Shown here in pieces: positions 47,921 through 61,253 of a DNA stretch of 64,000 nucleotides. A program made the position numbers and the translations under genes. Below the pieces are notes generated by a model. That model did not search any database. It was not told the origin of the DNA and saw nothing but the letters and a program-made list of their open reading frames with translations. Position 1 is the first letter of the stretch, and the number at the start of each line of letters is the position of its first letter. This DNA is from Marsupella aquatica (lineage: Eukaryota > Plantae > Marchantiophyta), in the NCBI GenBank assembly GCA_973895155.1, contig OZ316892.1, positions 3,227,223 to 3,291,222 on the forward strand, in the 5' to 3' direction.

Positions 47921-50900
47921 TCATCATAGATTGAAATCAAAGTTGAACTTCTCCAAAGCCAAAACATAATTACAGGTACAGCGTCAAGTTTCGTACTCTT
48001 ACTTACATTCTGTCATCCACATGAGAGCAGACAGTCCAAAGCTGCAAGATCAGAGATTTGCCAAAATGAAACTTCCCAGTTATGGAAACAACAAGTACTC
48101 ATACACAAATTGATTGATATTGATACATTTAAATATGGAGCTCAAGGGATTTCTACTGTTTCCACTTTCAGATACATGTTAAATATTTGTTGATAAATCT
48201 GGGAAAAAATAAAATAACAACACTGCTATATCAATGACAAGACTTCTAATTTGTTATTTTTTCCTTGGAATAATTTGTTATTTTTTTTTACCCCACTATC
48301 TTGTTTTTTGGGGCATTCTGGCACACAATGCCATGTAAACAAGATTTTACTATACAAAAGTACACCATAACTTCCAAAAAGCGATTATAGTTTAAGAAAA
48401 TGTAGAAGTTTGCATGCTCTAAATAGGAGCTATTTAGTTCCAAGCTACAAACAATTGTGGCACTTTTTATGAATTCCAGAATTTGATTGTTGCCCTTAGA
48501 CCACCCCAGAATAATTAAACACTAATTCCTGGAAATTAAACATTACAAAGAGAAGTTATGCCTTTTACGTCATGGTTTAGAGTGGTCCATGCCAGTTTAG
48601 ATGATCCATCTATACCTCTTGTCAGGCATTACAATCTACGTAAAACGAGCTTCATTTTGAGTCAGTTGGAGTACCCAAAAAGATTATAAAGGTGAATTGG
48701 TTTTCATAAAGTTTTTGAAATCCTACTAGATCCATAAAGTCCCAAGTCTCTTGGTGAGACCTGAAATAGTGGTAAAAAAGCCTTCCCAAATGCGTACAAA
48801 GTTTTTACCACTGTTTTTGACCCAGAACGAGGGGACACTCCCAAACTCAACCAAAGGCAAACCAGAAGTGTCACAACCGACCAGTAGGGCAAGTATTTGG
48901 CAGATACTAGTGCTAGACGCTACCTAGGTAACCTGTGGTTCAAGCATCAAGTACTGTAGTAGGACCCTAGGAAGAACAATTCTTCATTCAAGTGATGACC
49001 TGCATTTTTAATTTTTCCTTGAAAACATAGAGGAGAGAGACCAAGAAGAAACCAATATTCCCGCCAGTACACCCCACCCACACATATACACATATACCCC
49101 CTTTACATGTGGAGGGGGGGTTTGTACTCCTCTGGAGCTGTTGCATGTGGAGGGGAGATTGAACCTGGACCTCACAGTTCTAGGCTCAAATGCACTCTTC
49201 TCACAAAGTAGCAAGAGTTCACATAACCCAAGTAGAGCAAACATTGCTTATACTTTTACTGTCTACACCGTAGAGGCACCAAATTAAATCCATGGTTAAG
49301 ATAATTAACTTCAGAGAACTCAAAACACTCAGACGATCTATTAGTAAAACCATCCATGATGGCATGAATTTATGAAATGAGACCGGAGTGAAGGGATTCA
49401 CATCAGCTCCAGTTGCTACGTACAACTTACACATATCCTCACATTAGACTCCTCAAAATTGTGGTGCCATATTCTCTTTCCCTGAACGGCATGTAATTAA
49501 ACAGCCAACACTGAAGGGTTTTCGTGGAGCCAACACTCACGGGTTTTCATGGCTGGGCAATATTGCAAAGTTGTATTAATACTTCACACCTAGAGTATCA
49601 GGAATTCGAAAGCCATCATTCTACCAGTTACCTGAGATCAAGCTTAATCACAAGGAGCGTACCACGACCAGAGCTTCATTCGAGACCCACAGCTTGTATC
49701 TTGCAAGCCCTGGAAGGCTTCAAATTGCTGGACATTGCACCCGCCAGTTTCTGAAATGTGTTGAAGCTCTGTTTCCCGGTCTGTGTATGAGATTGAGGTG
49801 AACTAGATGAGTCTCTCCTCATCCATAATTTGGATAGGTTCCGAGATCTGAAGAGAGATGCTTGTGGAACAACATAACGACCATGTTTTCCATGTTCTTG
49901 CCGGTAAGCCCTTAATTATGCAGTGCTTCCTGTCGTCGAAGATCTCAGGTATCTTGGTTCATTCAGCTCGACCGAGAATCTGTGCCTCCCTGGTAGCTAC
50001 AGCTCTAAATCAGAAGTACGTTCGATCTGTAGTCACCTAAGCGCATGTTTGGGATTGTTTTCAAGGTCAATGTTATCAGATCGACTCCCTCTAAATCACC
50101 GGCTGTGAGTAAAATCTTTTCAAACCATCTGGAGTTATTCAAGTCCTACATTTAATATAAATACTTGTTGTAATTGACATCGATAAAGCATGCAGACCTA
50201 ATCCCGAATAAACTGGCTCGCCATGTACAATTCAAGCCGCTAACATTTCATTCGATCCCTTAGCTTGTCGTCATCAGGCACAACGTGCACCTGTATAAGA
50301 ATGCTTCAAATGACACGACTGTTCTTCAGGCCTCATCCTTGCTGGACATCCTTGTAAGTAGATAAAAGTCCCATTTTATTCTCAAGTGGTCGGAAACTCT
50401 GAACTTCAAAGCCAACAACTTGCAATTACAAGTGTTGACCGCGGGCTGAACAGAGCGAGGAGCCAACGGTTCTACAGACTCTGAACCCTAGGAGGTAGAA
50501 CAAACTAATCCGATCACTGATAAATTACTAGCTATTTCAAATCATCCACTTAAAGATGATGCCTTCTAATCCAAGCCTGGCAACTCACAGACTGGATGAT
50601 CAAACCGACTTGTACGTACTCTGATAGTCTACCTAGTCTGTCATTTGTCTCAAGCAAGAGCTTGATATATACCGTACTCCGGCTTGGAAATACTTACACT
50701 ACAGGAACTTATAAATTAGGTAGGTGTTCCAAGCTGTTACAGACAAGGTATGAGCAACATTGAGCAGTCTAGGGAGTTCTACGACGATTTTATTGGGTAG
50801 CTCTACTAGTAGAAACCAACTCTCTCACGACGAGGCAACTACTTGAAAGTAGGGTTTCACGTACCTGGCGTAGAACGTTGTTAGAATGTCTTCTATAGGT

Positions 50901-51865
50901 GTAAATAAAGGCTTTATCCAGTCTATCTAGCAATACTGTCTACATGAAGCATAGGATCTGTCTAACATCCCCCTAGAGAAATATTGGTCTCCAGAGCGGG
51001 TGGCTGCGGGTGGCTGCAGACTTAGCACCTCAGCTCTAGACCTATAATTGTCTCTTCTTACTAATTTCATATTCAGCAATCCTGCCGAAACAAACTAAGT
51101 AGGAGTAGCATGTAGCATGTATGCATGTGCTTGGCCTGCGCACAGTATGTTCAGGTCTTCATAGCAGTGCATCGGCCCGCCATTTCCAATTTAAACCAAG
51201 GCATAATGGTTACGGGCGGCTGACTTTAGAGTTCGCCTCGGGTACCATGTTCTTTCTTTCAAGGTAAGCATTTGGCCGGCATAGCAAACGCTGTTACTTG
51301 AGGTCTATTTGAAAGTGGCTGTAGATACATCAGAGGTGGGCTCATGCATGCCGCCTCCACCGCTCTGATGAATTTGGTGTCGATTGCACGACTAAAATGC
51401 GCATACATCGTTTATGTTTATCTGCACGAGTCTGTCGGTCGAATACGATCAGCTAGTATGTATCTGACTCTCTTAAACGGTTGAGATGGTTAGCATAGTG
51501 CGGGGGTTGGTGTTCCATGGAGACATCGATGATCCTCCCATCCAGTGACTCCGGGAAGAAAAGTTTTTGTTCCCTCCTGCCTGCAGACATCCCTTCGAAA
51601 CACTCGAGCAGGTGACTCTCAATCTATCCGATAAAATCAAAACTGTAGAAATGTAGCTTCGGAGTATAATAAAAGGTAGTTCAGTTCTTCCGTAAAGTGC
51701 ACATTATACAATTCACTATACAAATGTGATGCCACTCGACTCAGCCCGTATATGATACAGCCACTACCAATTCCCGTAGTACGCATTCATCCAGGCATCT
51801 TTCCGTCCATGAATGTCGTAGGTCTCCTCGTGAATTTTCGGGCTGGAACTGAAAGCAGAGGTCAA

Positions 51866-53210
51866 TTACCAAGGATCAAAGTTCTGGGTGCATTCGTACG
51901 ATGTTCCGAATCTCCAGTACTTATTAACAGCATTTGAGGACGTTAGCTTGGAGCTATCGCTAAGGGTCAATCGAAAAGAGAGCGCCCGTCCCACCAGCTT
52001 TTCTTTAAGTTCCCAGTTCTGGCCCCAGTTGCGTGTCATTCTGAAGAAATAGCGTGAGTCGGTGGCTTTCATTTCCAGCACGTGCACATCGCCAGCTCCC
52101 CCGATATTGAATACGAGTACCAGCATGAACCATGGGTTCCCATTGAGTTGGAAGCGGACTCCACCTTTCTTAGCGCATGGCACCCTGCACGTAAATTGAC
52201 AGTGCCAAGATTCAGACCACAGCATTATGCGCGAAAAGTGTATACGGCTAGCCTGCATCTGTCCTTCGAGATTCCAAATTTGTAAAGTTCTGGTCAATTC
52301 ACTTAGAGAGGGAGAAGAGAACTAGTAATGTGCCCACACCAAATGCCGATACATTAACATTAGAGATTGAAATTTAACTTTTGTACGTTATTTCTATATA
52401 TTAATGATCCAGTAATGGATTTGCATTCTTTCAGAACTATTAGACAAACCTCAGGCAAACCTCAGACATGTGGCTGATCTGATCGCCACTGAAAAACACC
52501 GAGCCTGGTCCAATGGAGGAAGTTAGAATGGACAGTCACGGAGGTGGCGTACCTTCGAAATTGAATGGGGATGATTCCGCCGACCTTTTGGGCGAGTTTA
52601 GAAAACATAGGGTATGCGAGGTCGAAGTGAGCCCTGGGTGGGTTGCACCAACCGTCCTTGTATCTGGCCCAATTGGGAGGGCAGAGATTGGTCGCAGTGA
52701 CTTTTACTGAGCCGGCATTTGCGTAGCACCACTTGGACTGCGATTTCACGCACTTGATCTCAAAGCACGCCCCGCAGGATGCCCCTTTGTTGAAGAGAAC
52801 TTGGCTGAGAGCTGCGGTACTTACTCCGTAACCTGTGGCCCAGTTATTTCCATAGCCACATGCTCCGCCTGCCCACGTCATAGTCCAGACTTTACTCAGT
52901 ACATAACTATATAACACTTTTTACATCTTCATCATTTGAGCTATACATGCAAAATCTCTTTCAGAATTTGCGCTCTGCATATTTCATCTGCTCTGTACAT
53001 TCATTATTGATCTGCAATCAAACTTTCCACGTACATACCCATCGTGCCTGAGGCATCGTCTCCTCCATAGAAAGTCGCATGAGCATACTGCCATGTTGTG
53101 GAATCAACAATAGACCACGCCCTTACGGTGCCCACGTTGCCGCCGATGACCAGCAGCAGACACATCAGAGCTAAGCTAGCTTGGAAGCTCATTCGTGGCG
53201 ATCTCGACAT
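51866..53210 (-). CDS. EXPA: Alpha-expansin (EXPA family), 3 coding exons, 268 aa
   Basis: Exons are 53210-53039, 52868-52553 and 52184-51866, with GT-AG introns at the canonical EXPA positions. The product has a signal peptide, [45 protein letters not shown] and [10 protein letters not shown] 5'UTR intron is predicted at 53472-53221. Confidence 0.95.
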
Positions 53211-56200
53211 CTTGATTGCCCTGCAAAATGAACGACGTTTGTATCAATAAACGACACCTGAACCGATCGCCTTTAACTTCTAAATGCTACTATTCTGTTC
53301 ATACAAACGATTTGAGTGAGAGAAACGGAAGTGTCCAGACCCTGATGAAACTAATCACTAAAATCATTGACATTTGTGCTGATCTTTAAAGCGACCTCAC
53401 AGTCTAAGAGCTGCATGTGATGGTTGAAAAAAGACTCAGATCTAGAGCTCAAGATGATGCTCACAAGCCTACCTAGTTAAAGGTGACACAGCAGCGTAAA
53501 TGAAACGGAGCACATATATGAGCTGCCTGCTGCCTCAGTAGCTAGGCTCACATCCAGAGATTAAGATGGACTCTAGCCAGGGAAGCAAGTCTCGATGTGG
53601 AAGTGAGATTGTCAGGTGGAATGCAGGCATTATTTAGTCTGACGAGACTCGCTCAAGACACACGCAAGTGGATGCGTAACTTGCTCTATCGCAGGCACAG
53701 GATTTGCAGTTGGACGTGAATAAGAACAATCGGCGGGCCCTGCCCCGGCCACAGTGCAGCGATCGTGACAACCAGATGTGTTTTCGTTGCCAGTATTGCG
53801 GCTGGTACACATGTGGCTATCGTCTGTACTATTAATTTGTCCCGGATCCAAGATGGAAGGGCGGTGTCGTCCACAGTTACTGTACATGAGCAAACTACCG
53901 GAGTTATAGGCGTTTATGGAACTAGCTCGACTGAACATGTGAAAAGGTACCTAAACTTTGGGGCGTGACATTTGGGAATATATTGTATGCAGTCGGAAAT
54001 TTGAGAATGGCTGTGAACAAGTAATGTTCGCCATATATATACATATTCCAAGCTCTGCGCTTGGAGGGTCTGTGAATAAACTTTATGAATTAAGATTTCT
54101 CTTTCAATAGAGATATTTCTGCATCAAGGAAATGTCTCCAATTATATGTCTCACCACCTGCAAGATATTGGGGTGCTATCTCAGATGCAAATTCTGTCTT
54201 CCCGTTTGAGTGACCGACCATTATGTAAGGTCAAAGTCTTTCCAAACCTCGGTTCCTTGGAAATTGTCAGCTCGATCCCTTCACATCGTTCCTGAGAGTT
54301 TTTTAGTATCAACTGCCGATCGAGGTCGTACTGTACATTGGCAGAACTTTCTGGCTCTGGTTGGATTCATTCCCTGATTTATCCTTAGACTGGTATATTT
54401 GAAAGTTATTCTTTACTCCGGAGTTAAGAAGACCTCAGAGCTCGCCAATTGACTGAATGAACGGTTCAAATCAATATGCTCGGGGCAAACCCAAAACTTA
54501 GCCAGGTCTCTTGGCGTATATATATCCAACTGAAGGTAATTTATATTTCAGTTATGTTGGCAGAAGGCTGAACACGTCAATTATAACAGAATTTTACCTC
54601 CGGGAAAATATGCTTAGAACGCTCTCAAAGTCAACCAGCATTTTGCTCCTTTAGCTCGATCGAATATATGATGAATTCAAATCCCATCACTCAATTTATA
54701 TTACACAGTTACGAAGAGCGCGGGTAATGTTTACGAAATACATTTCCCCGTGCACTACAATTGTTTTCCAAATATACAGAAATGGCCAGACATAATCAGG
54801 CTGTACGTCCACCGATTGCAACGAGCTCTGCAGCTAAAGCTCTAGTTCGTCAGTCTCCAATCCAGCCAAAGCCCTATCGTTTTTGTCGTTCCTTCTCGAT
54901 CATTATAATGGATCAACACACCCAACTACGTCGATTTCCCGTATGCACCACTGGGGTCTAGCCAGCTATAGCGCCGGGAAAGTTTCCTAAAACATCGTTA
55001 TTACGCTTGCTCGCCTTCCCGCTGTTTCAAGGCATTCGAGTCCGATCGAGCTTTTCCACCTCTATGCCGTTTTGCAGATCATCGATCAAAATAGCAAACA
55101 CGCAGGCACACTACAGAGCTATCCTCCTAGCTACAGGCTCCGAAGTTTTACCACCTCCGGCCAGTACCTTTCGCCTGTGGAGACTCGTGAATTGCGACAT
55201 CGATCTACCCACGGAATTGCTCCAGACTCCGGAAGTTTCCAGTTTAGTGAAAATGAAGCAAGCATAACAGTTCTACCTGCTCTGTGACCATATGTCGCAA
55301 TTGCGGCCACCGTCTCAGCTGATACAGGGCCGATACAATTTTTCGCGGCGATCACTGTTCTGTCGAATTACAGTGGCCTGAAGATCGAAGACTTACAGAT
55401 GAGCCAGGAATGGGACGGCTTGTCGAGAAATCCACGGCAGGTTTGCAGTGAGCGGTTTGAGTGTGCTGTTTTGCTGCATCGGACCTCTGTGCTCCTGGCC
55501 ATGACTGAGATCATGAGGGAGGCCGGCTCCGGAAAGGGGGAGGGAGGGAAGATCCAACGCTAGCTCCGGGACTTTCTGGGTGTGCCATGCACCGCCAACA
55601 CCGACGTAAGTCCTGCAATCTTTTCGCATATCGTTTCGTTCCGCGACACACCGGCTTTGATGCCTTCACGTAGTTACAGTTTCGGTGTTCAAGTTCCTTC
55701 TTTCCAGGGCATAGGTCAACCTATAAGGGCAGCATTATTTAAAAATATAAATATAATGGGAGGTGCTCGGTCATTGAGGTAGGCCCGAAATCAGCGTGCA
55801 TTCACGGAGGGTGGCACCATTCACCCTCAATTAACAGTAGTTTCAAGTGCATTATCAGGAATCTAGCTAGGGCATGGTTTGGAAGCCTCCTCAAGTGAAG
55901 GGCCGCGAAGGCGAATTCTCAAGTAATTAAGGGAAGCTGATTCTGGTAATTCTTTGTGGATCAAGGGACCTTGGTTCCTGAGAAGCATTTGTGGTGCTTT
56001 GTTTCATCAGCTCCGTTTGGGCCACTACCCAATCGTTTGCTTGGATTTTTTGCAGAAGCGCTTTTAACAGTGTGAATGCCTCTGGGTCAGATATGTAGCC
56101 CGGCAGATGTAATTCTGATATGACAATTGTCTTCTTTCACGACAATCGATTCGTACTCGACTGAAAGATAGGGGTTTGCCCCGTGAGCATCTCTAATTTA

Positions 56201-57284
56201 GGGCAATCCCTACACTCCACCAATCAGCAGATTTCCCATGACCTGTGCCCAGATTGAATCATTGATTGTGCCATATATTCTAGGGTTCCACAGAAAGAGC
56301 AGGATTTGGTCGGCCCATCCACTACCTCAACCGAGCCAAGATCAGTGAGCTTCTGATGCCCCCCTGACTCGTGGAGGATATTTTCAAGCTGCACATCGCG
56401 AATGATGGATGATGCCTATTTCGTTAACATCACCGCTGCACACACAACCGTTGCAATGTGTATGCGGGAAAGGTACTGCATTAAGTTCTGTCAGGGCCGG
56501 GTGAAAGTAGGGACCTCATCTATTAAATTTGACGTAGAACTAAAACGATCATGAATTCTTCAATAACAAGGGGCAAGACACGTTAGATTAAATAATAAGC
56601 ATAACGACTTCTTCTACTGAGAACAAGGCTCGGTATCCACCAAGTGAAGCCCGAAGACTGGAAGTCCAATGAAATGAAGCCAAGGATCGATGTCTCAATA
56701 CATTGCACTTCTTAGTCAACAGAAGATTGTCCTTGTAGCAAGATATCAATTCCAGAAACAACTGCACCCGAAAGAGTCAAATCTGATCTGAGAATTTAGC
56801 GGTCAACTCGGCGACGTTTAATTTGCAATGCAACCTTGGTTTTCAATGCGGGAAGCTTTCAGAGATCTGTGACTGATACCACTGAAGGGAACACAACTCC
56901 ATGATTTCCCTTCTGACCCGGTATTTGAACATCAGTTGTCTTTGTAAATGGAAAGGCAGTTGACCACCATGGCACTTAAAACTAATTTTTTTATGAATGG
57001 TTTATGAACGGTGATAGAGCTAGAGACATCCTTCTGTACAACGAAGTATGTATTGACCTGAGGTGTCAGAGGGTATGGTGCCCTGGCTTCCATACCTTCA
57101 GCATACTTTGCATCTCCCTCCTCCACAACACATCATCCACTCTTCGTCTGCTCAGTTTGATAGCCAAATGATTAAAATTGTACATCTTTCTTGGATCAGA
57201 AAGACCAGGACCAGGAAATATCAAACGTTGTGATGAAAAGGTTTAATTAATTTATACTACTTTTTCATCACAGATGTGGCAGAT

Positions 57285-57357
57285 GGGGATGTAGCTCAGA
57301 TGGTAGAGCGCTCGCTTAGCATGCGAGAGGTACGGGGATCGATACCCCGCATCTCCA
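57285..57357 (+). tRNA. tRNA-Ala (anticodon AGC)
   Basis: GGGGATGTAGCTCAGATGGTAGAGCGCTCGCTTAGCATGCGAGAGGTACGGGGATCGATACCCCGCATCTCCA forms a full cloverleaf with the G3:U70 alanine identity pair. Confidence 0.97.
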
Positions 57358-57363
57358 TCACAA

Positions 57364-57368
57364 TTTTT
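57364..57368 (+). terminator. RNA polymerase III terminator of tRNA-Ala
   Basis: A T5 run 6 nt downstream of the discriminator base. Confidence 0.75.
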
Positions 57369-57391
57369 ACGAGCTTAGTTTGCTCTTTTCG

Positions 57392-57567
57392 CTGTGTGTA
57401 AACTTTAAAAGCTTTTTCAGTTCACCCCGTGCTGTATAAATCTGTGGATCTTACGCAGGTTGAGGTTTAATAATCTGAACTGTGTTTAAACTTTAAAAGC
57501 TTTTTCAGTTCACCCCGCGCTGTATAAATCTGTGGATCTTACGCAGGTTTAGGTTTAATAATCTGAA
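57392..57567. repeat. 88-bp near-perfect tandem duplication just downstream of the tRNA
   Basis: ctgtgt.taaactttaaaagctttttcagttcaccccg.gctgtataaatctgtggatcttacgcaggtt.aggtttaataatctgaa twice. Confidence 0.9.
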
Positions 57568-58866
57568 TTCTGAATCACCCAACAATTCAGTGAGGCGCCG
57601 GTTTTGGTGGGGTTGAGATTTTGGCATGACTGTGTTGGTTGTAAGACTCGTGTCATGGTGGCAGCCTCAAGCAGGTTGGGATTTTAGAACACGTTTCAGA
57701 ATCGCCAATTTTTAGAACTGATTGATACCGATGTTCAAACATACACAGAACCACTGCATCTCACGCTGCAGGTATTTGGATATAAATCCTCTAGCTCAAA
57801 ATATCAGGAATAAATTAATTACAATGAATGTTTTTTTTGTTTGCCTTGAAACATTACAATGAATGTTTTAAACAAAAGAATCCAAAACTTTGCTTAGTTA
57901 GAAATAAATACCAGCACCATACACAATCGGATACATTAATCAGGCCTCTTTCATATTCGTCGAGTAAGGATCCAAGCTTCTCAGTGGAGAGCTTGACTTT
58001 AGAGTCTCCAGTCTTTAGAGTGACAGACAGCTGAAAGGGAAATGTACGTTGAGAACTCATAACGGCTCTACAGTTGGTACTTGCCAAAAGCAAATCTTGA
58101 TAGTGAGCGCCTGTTTAGACATGATGTCGAGTTTTCTATATTTGTTTGCATGATGTCCTGCGCTGAGATGTTTCAAGTTTTCCAGTAACAGGTGGAAGTT
58201 ATTACCACTCACGCAACCATCACATTATATGCCCAAAATACTACGTACCCAAGTGTTGAGTTGATAAGGGCTTTTCCCAGCTGGTCATCCTGGAAAACCG
58301 TCCACTGATGTGGCTGCCTCGCATTCGCTGTTGCATTAGGGCTGAGCAAACCAACGGGCCTAGCTTAAAGATGCCAACTGGTCATTCTTACCCTCCCGCT
58401 GCTGCAAAGGTCAAGAGGGGCCGCTAACATTCAAGAATGATGATTGGATTACGTCAACTCCATGACATTACTTCCGATGCAAGCTAATTATATAAAATTG
58501 ATTTGTGAAACCAACTAGAAATGAACTGAGTAGTAACCACAAGGATAAACTGACTGCAAAGTTGATGCATGCCCAGTGCGAGATTCCAACCTTGCCGTTG
58601 CATGATGGACATGGGTATCGACAGAGTACCAAAATGAGATATATCCCTAAACCCTAACCACAAGGCCAAACTTCGGCCAAACTTCATGCCTCGTGCAAAA
58701 TTCCAACCTAATTAACTAAAGATTGGTTTACAGTGGGCTTCATAGAAGGAAAATGAGATATTCGTAACCGAAGAGCGACACCAATGTATTAGAACCACGT
58801 GCTTAAGACCCTCCGGGCAACCTACTTTTTGGATGAGAAGCTTCTCTAGCTCACGTACAGGTAGTT

Positions 58867-58873
58867 TATAAAT
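58867..58873 (+). promoter_or_regulatory. TATA box upstream of the SPH-like gene
   Basis: TATAAAT lies ~180 nt upstream of the ATG at 59046 and is followed by a CT-rich leader. Confidence 0.5.
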
Positions 58874-59045
58874 CCCCCAGGTCTACGAAAGGGATCATTC
58901 TTCTCTCTTCCATCGTCCACTTCTTTGCTTACTACTACTCGATCACAGACCCCTATTCTCTGTGCTCTCCTTATTTTCTTCAGTTTTTACCGCGTGATAG
59001 GCCGGAGTCTGCATTTCAGTTCCTTCCAGACAGCATAGAATTACA

Positions 59046-60060
59046 ATGGCAAGAACCGGATATGCGTGTCTCTGGGTTCTCCTGGTCCTGGCAACGTTTG
59101 CTCAGTGCGGGCTCGGATCGGGTACTGTACATGTCTACAATGGGGCTGACGCCGACATCATACTGGAAAGCACAATGTATTTTGTAAACGGCAACACCGA
59201 AACAACAGACATCTTTCACCTGGCCAAAGGCACGGCTGTTACGTACAATGTTACTGATAACACGAATTGTGTTAAGACTGGGTGAGTTCTCTTAACCAGC
59301 TTCTCATCTGGTTTGGATTTTTCTCCATGTATGCCTACAAATCAATGTCTTACACGTCTAGATAGGGCGGGTCGATTTCTATTGCGTTCCATCGATCCTA
59401 CCATGCAGGGGCGTCAGTGGCAGCAATAGATTGAAGATCGATCGAGAAAGAAAATGAATCACGGTCTGCTCCATACCCCAATCTGACTTCGGAAGTTGTA
59501 CGTTGATCGAATGCATGCTTCTAAGATATTGCAAATGAAGCTAGTGTAGAATTTGACCAGGTAAGCTAGAATATCCACGAAATACTTCACCTGTTACATT
59601 CAGGTTGCAGCGGGGTTTGCAGCCGAGCCCTGTTGAAGTTTTCTCGGAAAGATAATAATTGGGAAAATCCTCTTGTGTCTCTCGATTCAGAAGATCGTCA
59701 ATCTCGAAGATGGTCATTCTCAATTCTAAGTTTTTGCCATTGCTCAGGAGGTCATGCATTTCTCTTCTGAACTATTATTAAACTATTATGGACATTGTTC
59801 AAATCTGCTTTAAGACTTTAGGGTTTAGGGTTTGAGTACTGTGTGGGTAAGATATTAAATGAAACGATACTGCGCGCAGGTATTTATTAACAACGCCGTC
59901 TGCACAGTACGCCCAGTTCATCTCCGATTGGTGCACACAAGACATGCTAGTTCCCTGTTTGCCAAATTGTTTCTGGATTATTAACAACAACGGCTTCTCG
60001 GTGGCAGATTCCGCACATTCTGTTCCACAGTTTGTTACCGTTTGGAATGAGCAAGACTAA
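59046..60060 (+). CDS. Small secreted protein, divergent SPH-like, 2 exons, 138 aa
   Basis: Exon 1 is 59046-59281 (signal peptide, TVHVYNG; donor GG|GTGAGT). Exon 2 is 59880-60060 (acceptor GCAG|G) and stays in phase: ..NCVKTGYLLTTPSAQYAQFISDWCTQDMLVPCLPNCFWIINNNGFSVADSAHSVPQFVTVWNEQD*. The pattern C..CFWI..NGF...W resembles the SPH C-terminus. Confidence 0.72.
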
Positions 60061-61253
60061 TCAATAGCTGAGTGTGGTACATGAAAGTAGTACATCCATT
60101 TGGTAGCATGCATGTGCAGGCTAGGCTGGATAGCTGCGAGGATAGCTGAATAATGCTCGTTGATCGGCCAAATTCGTAGAGGCTGACCATACATGTGACC
60201 TTCAATTCGTGCTCAGACACAGTTGATCAATAAATTGGCCCCCTCTATCAGACCAGTTGTTGAAGCTAGCTGTGATATTTCATTGAATTCAAGAGAGTTC
60301 GTCTATGCTTAGGTGAACAAGTGAAACAAGTTTGTCTTGAATATAACATTAAGGAAGCATACTTATTTACTAGATTGCATTTAATAGTCAGTGTCAGAAT
60401 ATTAAGGCTGGCTAGAAGTTTATTGCAGTGAAGCATAAATTGAGTGGGTGATGTGTACAACACCTAGCTAAATTAGGGTATTTAATACTGTAAAGTGTGC
60501 TCTGCATACAAAGAAGCATAAACTTTAGGGTTACGGGGTGTTGTTTTTAATTTTCTAGCCTGATTCAGAGCGGGATCCAGAGACATTATAGTTGAGTCCA
60601 TCAGACTAGCAAATATGTTAAACCATTTTTGAAATCTACATAATTCATTACAAAGGCAGACTGAGTGTTCAAAAACCCCTTCAAAATCAGTGCTCGTCCC
60701 CTATCTTCTTCAAAGACAAACATTTCGTAAATGATACTCTAGCTCTGTTAAACTTCCACAATGACGATAGCCTCACCTGCAGGCATTGGACTAGTTATTC
60801 ATAATTAAAATCAACAAGGAGATGTTCACCAAATAGGATCCAAAGGTACAGATAGTCCCATCTGCACCCTTTACATAAGTTCTTTTATCTCTGAGCCTTT
60901 AATGGACTGCATACCAATGATCAATGACTCCAATCCGACCAAACATTGCCTGGTCTCTGGTCAGCCATAAATTCACTCAACCAATGTGTTACTGACTAGT
61001 CACTGAAGTTGTAGGTTTCAGTCTATGCCCAGCTTGTAGTAGCAAGCACTATATAAAGTAGTCCTGCAATGCGGATTACTTCTGTGAATCATTTAGTGAT
61101 TTCCTTTTCATCTTTTCCGTCCAGTTTCGATTGAAGAAGGCATTAGTTCCGGCTTAGTTGTGAGAATTTTAATTTTAGGAGGAGTGCAGTGAGTCCATCG
61201 TCGGTTTTTGAACAACTACTTGCTACCTACCTCAAAATTCTTGCCCGTTGGAC

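Noticed and set aside
54761-55782. Several 66-86 aa ORFs upstream of the expansin
   Set aside because: There is no recognisable domain or coherent gene structure.
59817-59833. TTTAGGG telomere-type repeats in an intron
   Set aside because: There are only about two units, at most a telo-box, and not an interstitial telomere.
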